Source: Dipteris shenzhenensis (Eukaryota). Taken from it: DNA of 64,000 nt. The stretch is taken from assembly GCA_047967505.1 (NCBI GenBank), contig CM106538.1. One strand, given 5' to 3'. Shown here piece by piece: positions 61,215-64,000 of the stretch. The translations under genes and the position numbers were made by a program. A model generated the notes under the pieces. The model did not search any database, had not been told where the DNA came from, and saw only the letters and a list, made by a program, of their open reading frames with translations. The stretch's first letter is position 1; every line of letters begins with the position of its first letter.

Positions 61215-63435
61215 TGTAACCATGTGGGTATCTGTATTAATGTAACCATGTGTATGTGTGTGTGGATAGAATCTTATCTCTTGGGGTATACAAGGGCCAT
61301 TGTAGGAGTTGGAATGACATTCTAGGTGATGTCACATTTTCAACCCTTATGGCTATATTAGGTGTTCTCAGTGTATCCACAAAATTAAAATCTTATAATT
61401 CATCCTTGCAGGGTGGTCTCTTTCTTAAGCACTCTCTCTAATCCCTCTTTGAACACACACACACACACACACACCATGGAGACATTCCATTCTCCTTAGC
61501 TAGGCCTTTGCTTGTATAGCCCCAAGTTAACAAATGGTATCAAAGTAATGAGGTTACCACCTAGGTCTTCAATCCCTCTTTGCATTCCTCCATAGTTCAA
61601 TGCCTTAAAGTGGTTGAAATTATGCTGCTATTTAAATGGCAATGCACAGCCAATGAGGAGGAGTATCTTCTTGCCAAAGGAGGGGGGGCCATTCCATAAC
61701 TTGAGCTATTGGTGCACTAATGTTTCCTAAGTAAGGTTGCCCCTCCATTCAAGTTTTTGATACAGAGTGCCAAAACTTTACCTTTTCCAAACCTAAATCT
61801 GTATTAGGGACAAAATGATCTTAGATATCAAGGAAGAGGATGTTGTGGTGCAATAGTAGTAGTTATAGGGGTAAAACTTGATTAGGAACCTTGGCCTTGA
61901 TGTGTTAAATTTTTAATCTACAATTGTAATTGAGCATTCCTAGGTGATGCGAGGAGGAAAAACCAACTTAAAAATAGAGGTCATTTTAGGTTCCATAACC
62001 TTGAATCTGGATATTGAGCACCATGTTGATAGTTCAAGAAGTCCATCTTCATGCCTATTCTAATGAAATTCTGGGCCAAATTCTAATCTGCATATATCAA
62101 ATGACTCTTCCCAAGCCAAGTAGAGCTTTATTGAAATCTGCAGAGCCTAGTTTTCAAATGATGATCTACATATATGAAAAGGCTATTCCAAGAAAAGTAT
62201 AGCCTTGTTGAACTCTATAGAGCCTAATTTTCAATGAGTAGAAAGGATTTTTCCACTGCACTATTGATAATTGATTGTGTAGTAATCTATGTTTTGTGAT
62301 GAGCTCTTTGAGGAGCTATTGTGCAAAAGCTATGCTATTGTATGGACAAGAGGAGATCCTATACTTTGATATTTTTGAAGGTATGAGATGCTACAAAATG
62401 ATTTTTTTCTTGCTTAATATGATGTAGCTGATCTTTAGCAACATCTCCTTGCTTTCCACCTATGCGACCAGTCACTATAGCCATTCATCCAGTCCTCAGA
62501 GCTTGTGCCATTTGGAACACTTACCATTGGTGGACAAGGTGACCCTTAGCATAACATTTTAAACTTAAGATTAAACTTTAGTTTTTAAAGGGGTTTTCAC
62601 AAGGGTATGTTAAATGCCTTGAACGCCTTGAACATGGGTGCTTTATCGAAACGTTTTACATTGAGGTCTTCATGGGCTTTTGCATTGTCATCTTCAATAG
62701 TATTTTGGGTCTCCATTGTCTTATCATCAATGCAAAATATACATCAACAGAATATTTGCAAATCACAAGCAATGGTAGCATGAAAGTGTCGATGGAAAAG
62801 AACATGCTTATTGACAAATGCCTAGGAAGTTATTAAACTTCCAAAGATTATCTATATTTTTAGTTTTCATGTGTGAGTCATGGGTTCTCTGCCCAAGATG
62901 TCCCCCAAAATGATTTTAATAATCATGTATGCCTTTTATCTCTATTTGCAATTCCTTTAAAAGTCTCCATTTCCTATGTTTAACTATGTTTAGTGTGGGG
63001 TATTCTTTGTGTGCCTAGTTGTTCCTTTGCATGATGCCCAAACTTTAGCCTCTCAGTTGGCATTGGGGAACATGTATAGTAGAGAGACATGGTACATTTT
63101 GAGAGCATATTGAAGGTTGTCCAAGGTCACCACCTTCACTCCAAAAGGGGGCTTAAAGTCGTATGTTTGTGTGTATATATGTGGATAGGATCTTGTCTCT
63201 TGGTGTGGATAAGGGTCATTGTAGGATGTGGACATGACATCATAGGTGATGTCAAAGGTTTAGCTCTCCTAGTTAAATCATTTTCAAGGTGCATTTAGTA
63301 AACTAATCCTATCATATAGGCTTGTAGCGTGGTCTCTTTCTTTGACATTCTCTCATCCCTCTCTCAACACACACAAACACACACACCATAAGGAGATCTT
63401 CCATCCCCTCAACTAGGCCTCTGCTCGTGCAATTA
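61215..63435 (+). mobile_element. Old, internally deleted LTR retrotransposon relic (possibly gypsy)
   Basis: Diverged direct repeats ~61250-61510 and ~63170-63425 (TGTGGATAG.ATCTT.TCTCTTGG..CATTGTAGGA..TAGGTGATGTCA..(CA)n..CTAGGCCT). The first ends GTTAACA followed by TGGTATCA (61535-61542). Purine tract AAAAGGGGG ~63143-63151 precedes the second. Confidence 0.6.
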
Positions 63436-64000
63436 AGTGCATTGTTTTCCCATAGCCATGTCTAGCCCATATTCACTGAATCATTAAGAGGCATGACACT
63501 AAATTCTATAATGCACCCTGCCTCACGCATAATGACCATTACATTCTATGCTATTTGTGCCACTACCACTCCAAGAATTTACTATCTTCAATGTTCATGG
63601 CCATTTCAATATCCAATTCCATGCATAGGCCTAGGTTGTTAACATTTATTGGGGTAAAAAATTATGTGTGGCCCCCATGTCCACCATAACTCTTGTAGTC
63701 CTTCCATTTACGATGGCTATGACATATAGTGTTTGCTAATCTTCAGCTACAACACTTCAAAGTTGCAATAGTGATGTCATTTTTTGCAAGGGTGTGCTAG
63801 TTCTCCATTATTGGCTCTAATGATTGTTCATTGGGTAGTCCCTAACATAATGGGGACCTAAACATCTAAAGCATGAAATATTTTTGACCCCACTAGTGCT
63901 TGCATTAGTCCAACTAGATCCACCAGTGTTTTGAGCCATTGCTTTACCTTTTTCCTTGACATCTACTAAAGGGATTTCTTATGTGGGGCATATGGCTTTG

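Overview
Repeat-rich eukaryotic nuclear DNA, most likely from a large-genome land plant. CpG depletion, a giant TE-filled intron and the TE families suggest a fern/lycophyte-type genome (inference). (1) 1-4902: a decayed, intron-containing DDE transposase gene. Its reconstructed protein is colinear with the RAG1/Transib catalytic core (D, D, E, the CxxC + HxxxxH zinc site and several intervening motifs) and is split by a 2.1-kb L1 LINE. About 0.5 kb downstream lies a decayed ORF starting MARTK(*/Q)IGR, a histone-H3-tail-like N-terminus. (2) 21381-27295: a young but defective Ty1/copia element with 170-bp LTRs (169/170 identical) and an ATGAT TSD. (3) The 3' part of a minus-strand host gene (VWA domain plus a long helical tail with 22-residue repeats). 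Its last two exons are separated by a 17.2-kb intron holding an RTEX-like LINE, an RT-deleted L1, a near full-length L1 and a twin-primed (5'-inverted) L1. (4) Further degraded LINEs, LTR relics, a foldback, tandem duplications and microsatellites. All alignments were done by eye; motif matches to RAG1 are recalled from knowledge of the family, not from a database search.
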